DNA of 64,000 nt from Polyangiales bacterium (GTDB lineage: Bacteria; Myxococcota_A; Polyangia; Polyangiales; Ga0077539): positions 32,001 through 96,000 of the forward strand of contig JBGARZ010000004.1 of the NCBI GenBank assembly GCA_044229975.1. Direction: 5' to 3'. Position numbers and translations under genes: made by a program. Of the stretch, positions 8,871-18,460 are shown in pieces; within the stretch, counting starts at the first letter, position 1; every line of letters begins with the position of its first letter. The notes beneath the pieces were generated by a model that was not told the DNA's origin, did not search any database, and was given only the letters and a program-made list of their open reading frames with translations.

Positions 8871-10589
8871 CTATCGCGCCGCGCTTCGACACGCGGGCGC
8901 CTCGGGGCACGACCCCGGCGCGCAGAGGCCCTCGCGCAGGTGCCAGCTCTCCTGGCAGATGAGCAACCCGCGGCCCGCGACCTCCCGCATGCGTACGAGG
9001 TACACGCCCGACAGGCGCTCGCATGGCAGCTCACGTCCCACGCGCGCCAGCCGCGTCGGGTCGACCTCCGTCACGACCAGACGCGCCAGCACCACGTCGC
9101 CCGCGGCGCCCGCCTGCCGCGCGCAGCCCGTCTGCTCCCGCATGCCCGTCACCAGCGCCTCGCGCCGCCACTGCGAGCGGCTCCAATCGATGTCCAGCGT
9201 CCCGCCGTTGCGGCCGAAGAGCGCCTGCCAGTAGTCGCTGATCCAGTGGAGGTCGCCCTCGACGAGGCCGCCGCTGCGGAAGCGCACCGCGTCCGCGTAG
9301 AGCGCGCGCATCGACGACGGAGAGATCTGCGGCGAGCGGATCGCGCCGTGCCACTCGCGCAGACGCGCCTCCAACGTCGGCCACGAGGAGAGCGGTGCCA
9401 GCGTCACCGGCACGGGCGTCGTGACGGGCGTCGTGACGGGCGTCGTGACGGGTGTCGTCGGGTCGTCGCGGTGCAGCGTGAAGGCGCCAGCCACGACGAG
9501 CACCAGGGTCAGCGCCAACGCGGCGATGGTGGCGACGGTCTGGTGTGGGCGGCGGCGCGCAGGCTTCGGCGTGCTCACCACTGGCGGCAGCGAGGTCTGC
9601 GAGCTCGTCGCGGCGGGCGGCGGCGCTTCGATGGGTGGTGGCGGTGCGCGCGACGGGAAGCCCGCCATGGTGGCCTTCGACGCACCGACGATGAGCGCGA
9701 GGGCGTTGCCCGCGGGGAGCGCGGTGTAGCGCGGGCGCAGCGCCGGGTCGTCGAGCCACGCGTCGAGGCTGAGGCCGTTGGGGTGCGCGCCGCTCGGGTC
9801 GTAGAGGCCCGCGGGCGCTCCGTCGGGCGGCCGTCTCCCTGGGACAGGCGAGAGGTACGGCGAGCGCGGCGCGTCGCCCGGAGCAGGGAGGTCGAGCCAG
9901 CAGAGCTCGTCGTGCAGCAGGCACACGAACGGCGCCAGCGTGAGCGTCACCCCGCGCGCGGTGTCCACCAGCAGGAGCTGATCGCTCGGGATGCCAGTGG
10001 CGTCGGGGAGGTCGACGAGGAGGCCGCGGGGGGTGGTTCCGCGGCAGCTGCGCCAGACGCCGTGGGGGCGGCCGGCGGTGTCGATGCGGACGCGGCCGAG
10101 CGAGCCCAACGGGTACGCGAGGAGGAAGGCGCAGCCGTCGACGATGGCGTCGAGGTCGGCGCGGTGCTGCGCGAGGAGCGAGCTCGCGGCGGCCTGGAGG
10201 TCGACGCGGTGGTGGGCGGCCTCGTTGCGGAGCGCGCGCAGGCGGTCGAGCGACGTCCACCACGGGGAGCGGAGGAGCGCGTCGAGCTCGGGGTAGAGGC
10301 GCCCGGCGGCGGCGGGGCACGCGTGGACGAAGTGCTCGATGACGCCGAGGGAGACGCCGAAGGTGCTGGGGCGGATGTACTTCGCGAGCTCGGCGCGGGG
10401 CGCGTTGCGGGCGGCGGCGTCGGCGAGGAGGGTCCACGCGAGGTAGCGGGCGACGCCCTCGGCGAAGGCGAGCGCGGCGGAGAGACAGGCGGCGGCGTCG
10501 GGGGTGCGGAGGCGGTCGTAGAGCGCCGCGAGGGGATGCGGCAGCTCGTGGCGGGCGGCGTGATCGTCGAAGCGGGGGTCGGCGCTCAT
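8871..10589 (-). CDS. Bitopic membrane protein: HEPN-like N-terminal domain, Pro-rich linker, TM helix, extracytoplasmic Cys-containing domain
   Basis: LRALRNEAAH (RxxxxH); TM IAALALTLVLVVAGAF; 12-bp PVTT repeats near 9415-9452. Confidence 0.7.
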   Translation of the reverse strand: MSADPRFDDHAARHELPHPLAALYDRLRTPDAAACLSAALAFAEGVARYLAWTLLADAAARNAPRAELAKYIRPSTFGVSLGVIEHFVHACPAAAGRLYPELDALLRSPWWTSLDRLRALRNEAAHHRVDLQAAASSLLAQHRADLDAIVDGCAFLLAYPLGSLGRVRIDTAGRPHGVWRSCRGTTPRGLLVDLPDATGIPSDQLLLVDTARGVTLTLAPFVCLLHDELCWLDLPAPGDAPRSPYLSPVPGRRPPDGAPAGLYDPSGAHPNGLSLDAWLDDPALRPRYTALPAGNALALIVGASKATMAGFPSRAPPPPIEAPPPAATSSQTSLPPVVSTPKPARRRPHQTVATIAALALTLVLVVAGAFTLHRDDPTTPVTTPVTTPVTTPVPVTLAPLSSWPTLEARLREWHGAIRSPQISPSSMRALYADAVRFRSGGLVEGDLHWISDYWQALFGRNGGTLDIDWSRSQWRREALVTGMREQTGCARQAGAAGDVVLARLVVTEVDPTRLARVGRELPCERLSGVYLVRMREVAGRGLLICQESWHLREGLCAPGSCPEAPACRSAAR

Positions 10590-10612
10590 CGGCGCCGTAA
10601 GGGTACCAGCGT

Positions 10613-12214
10613 TCAGTAGGGAAGAGGGCGCAGGCGGTCGGTGCGCGCGTCGACGATGGAGACGTCGGCGGACCACGGGGGCGACGGGACCACGCACGAC
10701 GAGATGCCGCAGAGCACGGCATCGAACCAGCTACGGGTGGCGTCGCCGACCATGGTGGTCTCGATGAACCAGGTGACGCCGAGGCCGCTCGCCTGCGGGG
10801 CGCTGCGCACGCCGACGTAGGCGTGGCCGGGGACGATGTGGAGGATCGGTTCGAAGCCGATGTTTTCGAGGAGGCTGGCGAAGAGGAGGGTTCCGTCGAT
10901 GCAGTTGGCGGCGCGCATGGCGAGGCTCTCGCGCGGCAGGCTGATGGGCTGGTAGCCCTCGAAGTACGACGAGGAGAGGTTGCGGTAGATCACGCCGCGC
11001 GAACGCAGCTCGGTGAAGATGGCGGCGAGGGCGTCCCATGCGACGTCGGCGCGGGCGGTGGTGCGGCGCCAGCGCAGGTCGCGCGAGACGAAGTTGTCGC
11101 TGGTGTTGAAGAACACCAGTCGGTACCAGGCGCCGGGAGACGGAGCCGTGAAGGAGCCGCCTGCGCCGCCGCGCTGGTCGCGCCAGGTGCGGGTGGCGAC
11201 GGTGGACGTGCCCGCCTGCCACGCGAGGTATTGGCTCTCGGTGAAGAGGTAGACGTCGATGTCGTTGTCGGCGCCGCCGGAGACGGCGTCGAGCGCCCAG
11301 GCGATGGGCTCGTTGGCTTCGAGGTAGAGGCGTTCGAAGTACTGGCCGCCGACGGCGACGTTGGCCGAGCGGGACAGGTTCTCGGGGCGATATTGCTCGG
11401 TGGAGCGGTTCCAGGCGACGACGCCGAAGGAGCCGAACTGGCTGCGGGGTTCGACGGCGCGGCGGACGGTGGTGACGGTGGCGTCGTTGGGCGTGACGAA
11501 GACCGAGGCGTAGCGGCCCATCGCGGCGTAGGTGCTCGCGGCGGTGGTGGTGAAGCCGTCGACCGCGGACTGCGACCAGACGACGCCGTTGCCAGGGAGG
11601 GCGGACACCGAGCGCATCGCGGAGGAGAGCGTGGCGCCGGTCGTGTCGCGTGCGTAGGCCTCGATGCCGAGCGGGGTGAGCGAGCGGAGGGCGTAGAGGA
11701 GGGGGAGGTTCCAAGCGGGGTTGAGGCAGCGGGTCTGCGGGGCGCCAGGGGTGACGGTGACGTCCTCGGTGCGCTCGGTGGCGTAGCCGGGAGCGCGGAT
11801 GGTGAGGGTGACCGGGAGCGCGGTGGGGCCCGTGTTGGTGAGGCGCGCGCAGGCGGTCTCGAGCTGGTAGGGGCCCTCGGCGGGAGGGCGGAGACCGAAG
11901 AGGTGAACGAGGTAGGTGGGGAGCCAGGTCTCGCCGCCCGGGCGGGTCCAGAGCGCGGGGAAGGTCCAGTCGACGCGGAGGGGAGAGGCAGCGGGCGGGA
12001 CGTCGACGGCGGGCGGGGCGTCGGTGGTGGCGGCGGGCGGGACGTCGGTGGTGACGGTGGGCGGGGCGTCGACGGCAGCGGCGTCGGTGGAGGCGTCGGG
12101 AGCGGGGAAGTAGGTGGTGGACGCGTCGGCGCCGCAGCCGGTCCAGACGACGGCGAGCAGGGCGAGGAAGAGGGCGCGAGGGAGGTGGAGGAGCGGACGG
12201 CGAGGAGTGGGCAT
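10613..12214 (-). CDS. Lipoprotein with a C-terminal transglutaminase-like (Cys-His) domain
   Basis: Lipobox WTGC; ANCIDGTLLFASLLE...PGHAYVG...FIETT. Confidence 0.8.
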   Translation of the reverse strand: MPTPRRPLLHLPRALFLALLAVVWTGCGADASTTYFPAPDASTDAAAVDAPPTVTTDVPPAATTDAPPAVDVPPAASPLRVDWTFPALWTRPGGETWLPTYLVHLFGLRPPAEGPYQLETACARLTNTGPTALPVTLTIRAPGYATERTEDVTVTPGAPQTRCLNPAWNLPLLYALRSLTPLGIEAYARDTTGATLSSAMRSVSALPGNGVVWSQSAVDGFTTTAASTYAAMGRYASVFVTPNDATVTTVRRAVEPRSQFGSFGVVAWNRSTEQYRPENLSRSANVAVGGQYFERLYLEANEPIAWALDAVSGGADNDIDVYLFTESQYLAWQAGTSTVATRTWRDQRGGAGGSFTAPSPGAWYRLVFFNTSDNFVSRDLRWRRTTARADVAWDALAAIFTELRSRGVIYRNLSSSYFEGYQPISLPRESLAMRAANCIDGTLLFASLLENIGFEPILHIVPGHAYVGVRSAPQASGLGVTWFIETTMVGDATRSWFDAVLCGISSCVVPSPPWSADVSIVDARTDRLRPLPY

Positions 12215-12288
12215 GGCCGCTCGACGCCGGGCGGCGCGGCGGTCTGACACCGGAGGGGGAGTGGAGGGACTTGAAGGGTTGGGGAGGA

Positions 12289-12393
12289 AAGCCGCAAGGG
12301 CGCCAGGGTCGCAAGGGCCAGAGGACAGAGACGAGGGAGGAGGTCTCGCACTCGAACAGCTCTTCCCTTGCGACCCTGGCGCCCTTGCGGCTT
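12289..12393. repeat. Intergenic 29-bp perfect inverted repeat (REP-like hairpin)
   Basis: aagccgcaagggcgccagggtcgcaaggg (12289-12317) and its exact reverse complement (12365-12393); outer 13-bp near-match at 12266-12278 / 12401-12413. Confidence 0.9.
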
Positions 12394-12426
12394 GCCCCAT
12401 CCCTTCGAGTCCCCTGCGGACCGTTA

Positions 12427-13707
12427 CTACGGCGACGCGCGTAGCACGCAGCGGAAGCTTACGCCGCGGTGGCCGCGGGCCTCGGGCTTCGCCGACCACG
12501 CGAAGCTCGCAGTGAGCCGTGCACCGCGCACCGGTCGCATACCGTCGACGGCGGGGTCGCTGCTCCACTCGAAGGTCTCCTGGTCAACGTGGATTCCGAC
12601 ACGGTTGGCTGCCGCCAGCTGCCACTCCTGCCGCGTGGGGAGATCGCTGTCCGGTCGTTGACGGCAATAGTCCCGCGCCATCTCCCACGGCAGGCAGTTG
12701 GCCGCGTAGGTGTTCAGCCCGTTCTCCCAGTTGCAACCGTTCTCGGGGGCGGGCGGTGGATGGGGACAGCGCCCGCTCTCCACGCAGCGTCGATAGTCGC
12801 CTTCGTGCACGAAGTCCCGGTCGATGCAGAACGCGTGGGCCTCGCCGCGCCCGCCAACGAGCCGCATCGTCGTCGGGCACGCGTTCATCCCCGCCGTCGT
12901 TGCGTCCGTCGCGTCCGTCCCTGCATCGACGACCGCCGCCGTGGCCTCCGTCGGCGTCGCAACCGGCACCTCGATCGGCGTTGGCGTCGGCGTCGGCTCC
13001 CGTGTGTCCGCCACGCGCTGCGGCGGCGCTGCATCCGGTGCGCTCCCTCGTCCCGCGACGAAGCCCGCTGCCGCGACCACCAGCACGGCACCCAGCGCGC
13101 CCGCGGCGTGTCGCGCTCCCCACGTCGCTCGTGGAGCCGTTGCGCGAGTGACGTCCGCCTGGGTGGTCTGCAACTGGTACGCGAGGTCGTTGGCCCGTCG
13201 CTGCTCCTTCTCGAACGCCAGCTCACCTGCGGTGCGCAGCCGGTCCCGCTCGCTGGCGAGCGCGGCGAGCACGTCGGTGAGCCCGTCGGGCAACGCCGCC
13301 CCGTCGCGGGTATGAAACCACCGCGCCAGCTCGCCGAGGGCGCTCGCCACGATGCGCGCGCTCGCCTCGCTCGTCGCCCCGTCGGGTTGGAAGTGCGCTG
13401 CGGTGTTGCCGTACTTCTGCACGCTCTCGACGTGGTTCCGCATCTCGCGCGGGATGGAGCCCGCCAGGCGCTCGTGCTTCGCGAGGGCGTCGATGCCCTT
13501 GCCCTGCTCGGCGAGGGTCGTGACGTCCACCTTCGACTCGACGAGCAGCGCGTAGAGCATCGCCTCCACGCTCCGCCGCGCCCGCCACAGAAACCCCTCG
13601 ACGGGCTGGCGCCACCGCTCCTGCGCCGCGGCCGTGAGCTCGAAGACCACCGCGGTCAGCACCCGCTGGTTCATCGAAGACGTCGCGGCCTTTCGCTCTC
13701 CTCCCAT
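12427..13707 (-). CDS. DUF4145 (HEPN-like) - TM - FGE/SUMF1-like domain protein
   Basis: RRSVEAML...VQKYGNTAAH; TM ALGAVLVVAAAGFVAG; CPTTM...FCID...YRRCV...ANCLPWEMARDYC...LPTRQEW...VSFRC. Confidence 0.75.
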   Translation of the reverse strand: MGGERKAATSSMNQRVLTAVVFELTAAAQERWRQPVEGFLWRARRSVEAMLYALLVESKVDVTTLAEQGKGIDALAKHERLAGSIPREMRNHVESVQKYGNTAAHFQPDGATSEASARIVASALGELARWFHTRDGAALPDGLTDVLAALASERDRLRTAGELAFEKEQRRANDLAYQLQTTQADVTRATAPRATWGARHAAGALGAVLVVAAAGFVAGRGSAPDAAPPQRVADTREPTPTPTPIEVPVATPTEATAAVVDAGTDATDATTAGMNACPTTMRLVGGRGEAHAFCIDRDFVHEGDYRRCVESGRCPHPPPAPENGCNWENGLNTYAANCLPWEMARDYCRQRPDSDLPTRQEWQLAAANRVGIHVDQETFEWSSDPAVDGMRPVRGARLTASFAWSAKPEARGHRGVSFRCVLRASP

Positions 13708-13760
13708 CCGGTGCGGCGCGGACTCTACAAGCGCACCCCGGCAGAGCGGAAGGCGCTCGC

Positions 13761-15479
13761 TCAGTACGGGTACTCGTCCGCGAGCCGACGCGCCTGCTCG
13801 GTCGTCGCCAGCGTCGCGTCGATGAGCCAGCCGATGCCCTGCGGCGATGCGCTCCGCACCGCCGCGACCGCCGCCTCGCAGCTCTCGTCTCGCTCCAGCG
13901 CCACGTCCAGCGCCACGAAGCGGGCCTCGATCGCAACGCCACCATCATCGTCCGTCGCCGCCTCGATCGTCGCGCGCTCTATCGCCGCTTCGTCCGCGCG
14001 ACCCAGCGCGTGCAGGCACCGTGATCGCCACCGGGCGCGCGACCTCGCCAGAAACGCCGGAGCCGCGAGCCACGCAGCCAGGTCCAGCACCGCGAGCGCC
14101 TCGACCGTGTCACCCCGCGTGCACAGCCCGCGTCCCAGCGCGTAGCGCACGAAGAGTCCACCGATATCCGATGGCTCCGTCGCGTCGAGGTGCTCGCGTC
14201 CCTGCTGCACCGCGCGTTGCCACGACACGGGGTCGCCCGCGAGGGCCGCCACGCGCAGCCACTCGGCGAGCGGCCGCGAGCACTCGTCGCGGCGGTCGCG
14301 CTCGATCCACGCCGTCGTGGCTTCCTCCAGCGCCTCGCTCGCTTCGCGGTAGCGGCGCATCGCGGCGCGCCCCCGGCCGATCGCACCGAGCAGCCGCAGG
14401 TCGTCCTCCTCCATCGGAACGCGCAGCAACGCACCCGCCCGATCGAGGTACGGTGCGAGCGACGCCGAGCCCGCGTCGGCCGCCGCCTGGACGACGTGCG
14501 CCGCCTTCTCCCGGTCGCGATTCGCATCGAGGGACGCGTCCCACGGGATCTCGAAGCCCCGACCGTTGGCGTGTCGCTCGGCCACCTGTCTCGCGAAGGT
14601 CGCTCGGGCGTGCTCCAGGGTTCCAGGCGCCACGGCCGCTTGGACCCACCGCGCGCTCCGCTCGACCGCGCGCCACCGCCGCACCTCGCCGCCACGCGCG
14701 CAGAGCGCCATCAGGTCAGCCGCCACCTGCGCCGCGCGCTGACCCGTCCAGGTCGACGGTGGTGCCTCGTGCGCCCCGACGAATACCCGGTCGACGGCCT
14801 CGTGCGCCGTCGCGACGCCGACCGCCGTGAGCCACGAGCGACCGACCAACAGCTCGCGCGCCTCGTCGAGCTGTTCTGCGGCGACGAGCACCGTGTCGAC
14901 CCCGAGCGCGCCATCGGCGAGCAGCGCGAGCTTGCGGTCGAGTCCGCCGACCCGGCCGAGGGTGCCGTCGGGACGCAGCACCGCCGACGCGGCGAAGCGG
15001 GCGGGCACCACGCGCTCGGTCAGCCGCGAGCACAGCGCCAGCAGCATCGGCAGCCCGAACGACGCCCCGTCGAGCGCCTCGTCGGCCCCACTGCCCCGCT
15101 TGAACACCTGGGTCGCCCCGCGCGGCCTCTCCCCGAGCATCCGCAGGGAGTGGAGGTGCGGCACCACCGCGGTCGCGAGGGCCGCTGCCTCGTCGAGCAC
15201 ACGGTCGGCATCACCCCTGAACGGTCGCCCGTCGGGTCGCCGACGAGCGTCCCAGGAAAGCCGCCACAGCGCCTCGCGCTTGTCGGCCACCGAGACCAGA
15301 AGCACCTCACCGATGCCGGGCGGTGGCGGCGCGCCATGGCCCATCGCGAGGGCACCATCGGCGAGCTCGGGGGCCGTCGGCCAGCACCACGGCGTCGACA
15401 GCGCGTGCGCTGCGCCGGGCCGCTGCACCGCCGGAACCCTCCGCGCCGACAGCCATGCCCGGAGGGAGTCGTCGCTCAC
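13761..15479 (-). CDS. Lon-type (S16) protease domain without AAA+ ATPase, plus helical TPR-like C-terminus
   Basis: LDGASFGL ... G-RVGGLDRK with the Lon Ser-x42-Lys dyad spacing; GTGA coupling to the upstream stop. Confidence 0.8.
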   Translation of the reverse strand: MSDDSLRAWLSARRVPAVQRPGAAHALSTPWCWPTAPELADGALAMGHGAPPPPGIGEVLLVSVADKREALWRLSWDARRRPDGRPFRGDADRVLDEAAALATAVVPHLHSLRMLGERPRGATQVFKRGSGADEALDGASFGLPMLLALCSRLTERVVPARFAASAVLRPDGTLGRVGGLDRKLALLADGALGVDTVLVAAEQLDEARELLVGRSWLTAVGVATAHEAVDRVFVGAHEAPPSTWTGQRAAQVAADLMALCARGGEVRRWRAVERSARWVQAAVAPGTLEHARATFARQVAERHANGRGFEIPWDASLDANRDREKAAHVVQAAADAGSASLAPYLDRAGALLRVPMEEDDLRLLGAIGRGRAAMRRYREASEALEEATTAWIERDRRDECSRPLAEWLRVAALAGDPVSWQRAVQQGREHLDATEPSDIGGLFVRYALGRGLCTRGDTVEALAVLDLAAWLAAPAFLARSRARWRSRCLHALGRADEAAIERATIEAATDDDGGVAIEARFVALDVALERDESCEAAVAAVRSASPQGIGWLIDATLATTEQARRLADEYPY

Positions 15480-16528
15480 CCTTCCCTCGCTGGCTCGGCC
15501 CACCACGCCTCGGGGCTCTGCCACGCCACCGCCGCGAGGCGCGGTGAGGTGATCGGCGACAGCCAGCGCCAGAGGGTCGCGCGCACACCGGCCTCGCGGT
15601 CGAGCGCAGCCAGGGCGATGCCGAGGGGGTCACGCGACGTCGTCCCCAGGAGTGCGGTGATGGATGCGAGGTCGTCGCGGCGTTCGAGCCAGGCGACGGC
15701 TTCGGGGCGGTCGGCTTCGCGGTCGGCTTCGTCGAAGCGGTCGAGGGCGTCGGACATCGCGCCGCACTCCACGCGAGCGAGGGCGTCGACCGCCGCGCGG
15801 TGACCCGCGGGGAGCGCGTCGAACCAGCGGCGCGCGCGCGCCCACGGGTGGTCATCGGCGCGCAGCCGGGCCATCGCGGCAGCCGCGGTGGTGGTCGTGC
15901 CGAGGTGCGACCAGAGGCGACCGAGGGTGCCCACGGCGGCGCACACGCCGTACGCGTCGCGCGGCGGGTCGGCGCGCAAGGGCGAGGTCATCCACGCGGG
16001 CGCGTCGAAGCCGCCGAGGAGCGCGTCGGGGTCGGGCGCGGGGATGACGGGCGCAGGCGGCGGTGTCCAGTCGGCGAGGGAGGCCATCTCGGCCGAGGCC
16101 CTCCGCGGCACCTCGAACCACGCCACCTCATCGCGCGTGAAGCGCAGCACGAACTCCCCGCGCGGGCCGAGCGCCCGAACGAGAACGGGACGCGCGGTGG
16201 CGTCGACGGCGACGCTGTCCTCGTCGAGCGGCGCGAGGTCGGCGGTGGAGAAGATCGCGAGGCCCGGTGTCGCCAGGAGGTAGAGCCCCCGCAGTGTGTC
16301 GCTCCAGGCGAGGTCGGCCTCGTCGGCGCCGGCCCCCGACGCAACCTCGCTGAAGCCCTCGACCCGTGTGACCGAACGCAGGGAGACGCCGAGATCACCC
16401 GCGGGAGTGGTGCCCGCCAGACCGAAACCGACGCCGCTCTCGGGACGGCGTTCTCCGCCGGTGTGGCGGAGTTCGACGTCGGGTGGGAGTTCCAGGGCGA
16501 CGAGCTCTTCGGGGGTGGGCGGGGTCAT
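15476..16528 (-). CDS. Hypothetical protein (candidate anti-sigma factor / protease substrate)
   Basis: ORF between the sigma and Lon genes, translationally coupled to Lon; helical C-terminus ending PEAWW. Confidence 0.65.
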   Translation of the reverse strand: MTPPTPEELVALELPPDVELRHTGGERRPESGVGFGLAGTTPAGDLGVSLRSVTRVEGFSEVASGAGADEADLAWSDTLRGLYLLATPGLAIFSTADLAPLDEDSVAVDATARPVLVRALGPRGEFVLRFTRDEVAWFEVPRRASAEMASLADWTPPPAPVIPAPDPDALLGGFDAPAWMTSPLRADPPRDAYGVCAAVGTLGRLWSHLGTTTTAAAAMARLRADDHPWARARRWFDALPAGHRAAVDALARVECGAMSDALDRFDEADREADRPEAVAWLERRDDLASITALLGTTSRDPLGIALAALDREAGVRATLWRWLSPITSPRLAAVAWQSPEAWWAEPAREG

Positions 16529-16607
16529 CGCGGGCAACGCTCCTGCGGTTGGGTGGTGTTCCGTGAGGGACGCTGCGCGCGTCGGGAGTCTGACAGGTCT
16601 CGCGCGC

Positions 16608-17303
16608 TCACCGTCGCTTCAGTTCGAGGAGCATGCGCTCGACGACCGACCGCTCGGCTTCGGTGATGGCACCGCTCTTCGCGAGCTCGTCGGCCGCAGC
16701 GAGCACGGCCTCACGAAATCTCTGGTGCTGCTTCATCGCGCGGTTGGCCGCCTTCTTCAGCACGTCAGGAGGTGGTGCGGGACCGAGGTTCTCGTCCCGC
16801 GTGACGAGGTCGTCGACGGTGAGATCACCAAAGTACAGCTCTTCGACCTGACGGCGTGCGACGAGCCGCCCGGGGCGGTGGGCGATCGGGGTCGCGGCGA
16901 CGGTGGCCTCGACGACGCGGCCGAACAGGTCGAGGGCCGCGCGGGTCGCGCGCTCGCGGTCGAGGTCTTCCTCGGTGGTCGATGAGACCGCGGCGGCCTC
17001 GACGGCGTCTTCGTCGGAGTCAGGGGTGCGCTGCGCCTTGCGGCCGGCCGAGCGCCACCCGTTGCGCGCCATCGTCGAGATGTACGCGCGCACCTCCTCG
17101 TCGCTCTGACCGCTGATGCCCAGGTCGTTGCGCTTCACCTTCTCGACGAACTTCAGCAGCACGGCCTGCGCGGTGTCTTCACGTTCTTGCGAGGCGGGGA
17201 CGACCCGCTCGACCTGCCGCCACACCAGCTCGTCGAGCGCTGTCCAGGTCGCGTCCGTCGCGGTGCCGTCGCGGAGCGCGGCGACGATGGCGAGCGGGGT
17301 CAC
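16608..17303 (-). CDS. ECF-like sigma-70 factor (divergent)
   Basis: Region-2-like EREDTAQAVLLKF...AYISTMARNGWRSAGRK; atypical region 4; GTGA coupling to the upstream stop. Confidence 0.7.
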   Translation of the reverse strand: MTPLAIVAALRDGTATDATWTALDELVWRQVERVVPASQEREDTAQAVLLKFVEKVKRNDLGISGQSDEEVRAYISTMARNGWRSAGRKAQRTPDSDEDAVEAAAVSSTTEEDLDRERATRAALDLFGRVVEATVAATPIAHRPGRLVARRQVEELYFGDLTVDDLVTRDENLGPAPPPDVLKKAANRAMKQHQRFREAVLAAADELAKSGAITEAERSVVERMLLELKRR

Positions 17304-18460
17304 GGCGCCCCTCGTCGGTGCACGGACGCCGCCACCTCGGCCCAGCGCCTCGCCTGTTCGGAGCGCCACCCCACGGAGCCCGAAGGCCCGTCGACGCGGC
17401 CGGTGGCGAAGGCCCGGGCGACGGCATCGCGGGGCGACCCGGTCGCGGCGACGGTCGGACAGAGACCGCTGACGGGAGCGCCGCGCGGGACTGCCTCGAA
17501 GGGAAGGCGGGTGTCGGCGACCAGCTCGCGGTGCAGGTCGCGCCACGGGCGATTGGCGGCCAGTGGGCGGCGGGAACGATTGGCCACGAAGTCCGCGAGC
17601 ACCACCCCGGCGGGGACGGCGTCCTCATAGCGCGGGGTCGACGCGACGACGAGGCGCACCCACGGGTCGGTCGTCGTCGAGGGAGCGTCGAAGGGAAAGC
17701 GCTCGGCCGCGCGGACGCAGGCTCCTACGTCCCGCGGTTGCAGCGGGCGAGAGCCCACGCGCGGGTCGTGGACGTTGCGCGTCGCGGCGAAGACCCAGAC
17801 CGTGTGGCGCTCGGCCGGGCGAGAGCGCAGCAGCGCGAAAACCCGTTCGAACAACAGTACGAGGAGGGCGAGGTAGCGGTCGGGGCCGTCGGGGGGAGTG
17901 CGCCCGTCGTCACTCGCCGCTACGGCGAAGCAGCGGTCGGCGCCGAAGCGGTCGAGGAGCTCACCGGCGACGTCGCGGTACCGACGCTCGACGTCGCGCG
18001 CGAGGCCGGTCAGGGCGTCGGCGATCGCCGGGTGGCGCTGTCGCAGCCAGCGCGACGCGTCGTCGAGCGCCTCGCGCTTCGGCCGCCGTCCTCTTTCCAG
18101 CGCGATGAACATCTCTGCGAGGTCGGGCTCAGCCGAAGATCGCGCGCAGAGGGCAGCCGCGTGCTCGATGGTCTGGGCGGCAGGGTGCGCGGCGCGGTCG
18201 GCAGGCGTGGCGAGCGCCCAGGCGCCGATCCACCACGCGGGCAGGCGCAGGTCGGTCGCGTGGGGCGGGTACCACGCGATGGGGTCGATGCGGCGGTAGA
18301 CCGCGCGCAGGATGGTGTCGGCCTCTCGCGAGGGCGGCTCGCGCAGCATGACCCCGGCGACGCAGACCGCCTCGTCGGCGCGGTCGAAGCGGCCGGACTC
18401 GTCGAGGTAGAGACTCCAGACGGAGTTGGTGCGCGCGCACGGTCGGCCTGCCTCCACCAT
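17300..18460 (-). CDS. DUF3800-like RNase H-fold protein
   Basis: LYLDESG...VCVAGV...HATDL...GVVLADFVAN, the DUF3800 signature set; start uncertain. Confidence 0.75.
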   Translation of the reverse strand: MVEAGRPCARTNSVWSLYLDESGRFDRADEAVCVAGVMLREPPSREADTILRAVYRRIDPIAWYPPHATDLRLPAWWIGAWALATPADRAAHPAAQTIEHAAALCARSSAEPDLAEMFIALERGRRPKREALDDASRWLRQRHPAIADALTGLARDVERRYRDVAGELLDRFGADRCFAVAASDDGRTPPDGPDRYLALLVLLFERVFALLRSRPAERHTVWVFAATRNVHDPRVGSRPLQPRDVGACVRAAERFPFDAPSTTTDPWVRLVVASTPRYEDAVPAGVVLADFVANRSRRPLAANRPWRDLHRELVADTRLPFEAVPRGAPVSGLCPTVAATGSPRDAVARAFATGRVDGPSGSVGWRSEQARRWAEVAASVHRRGAP

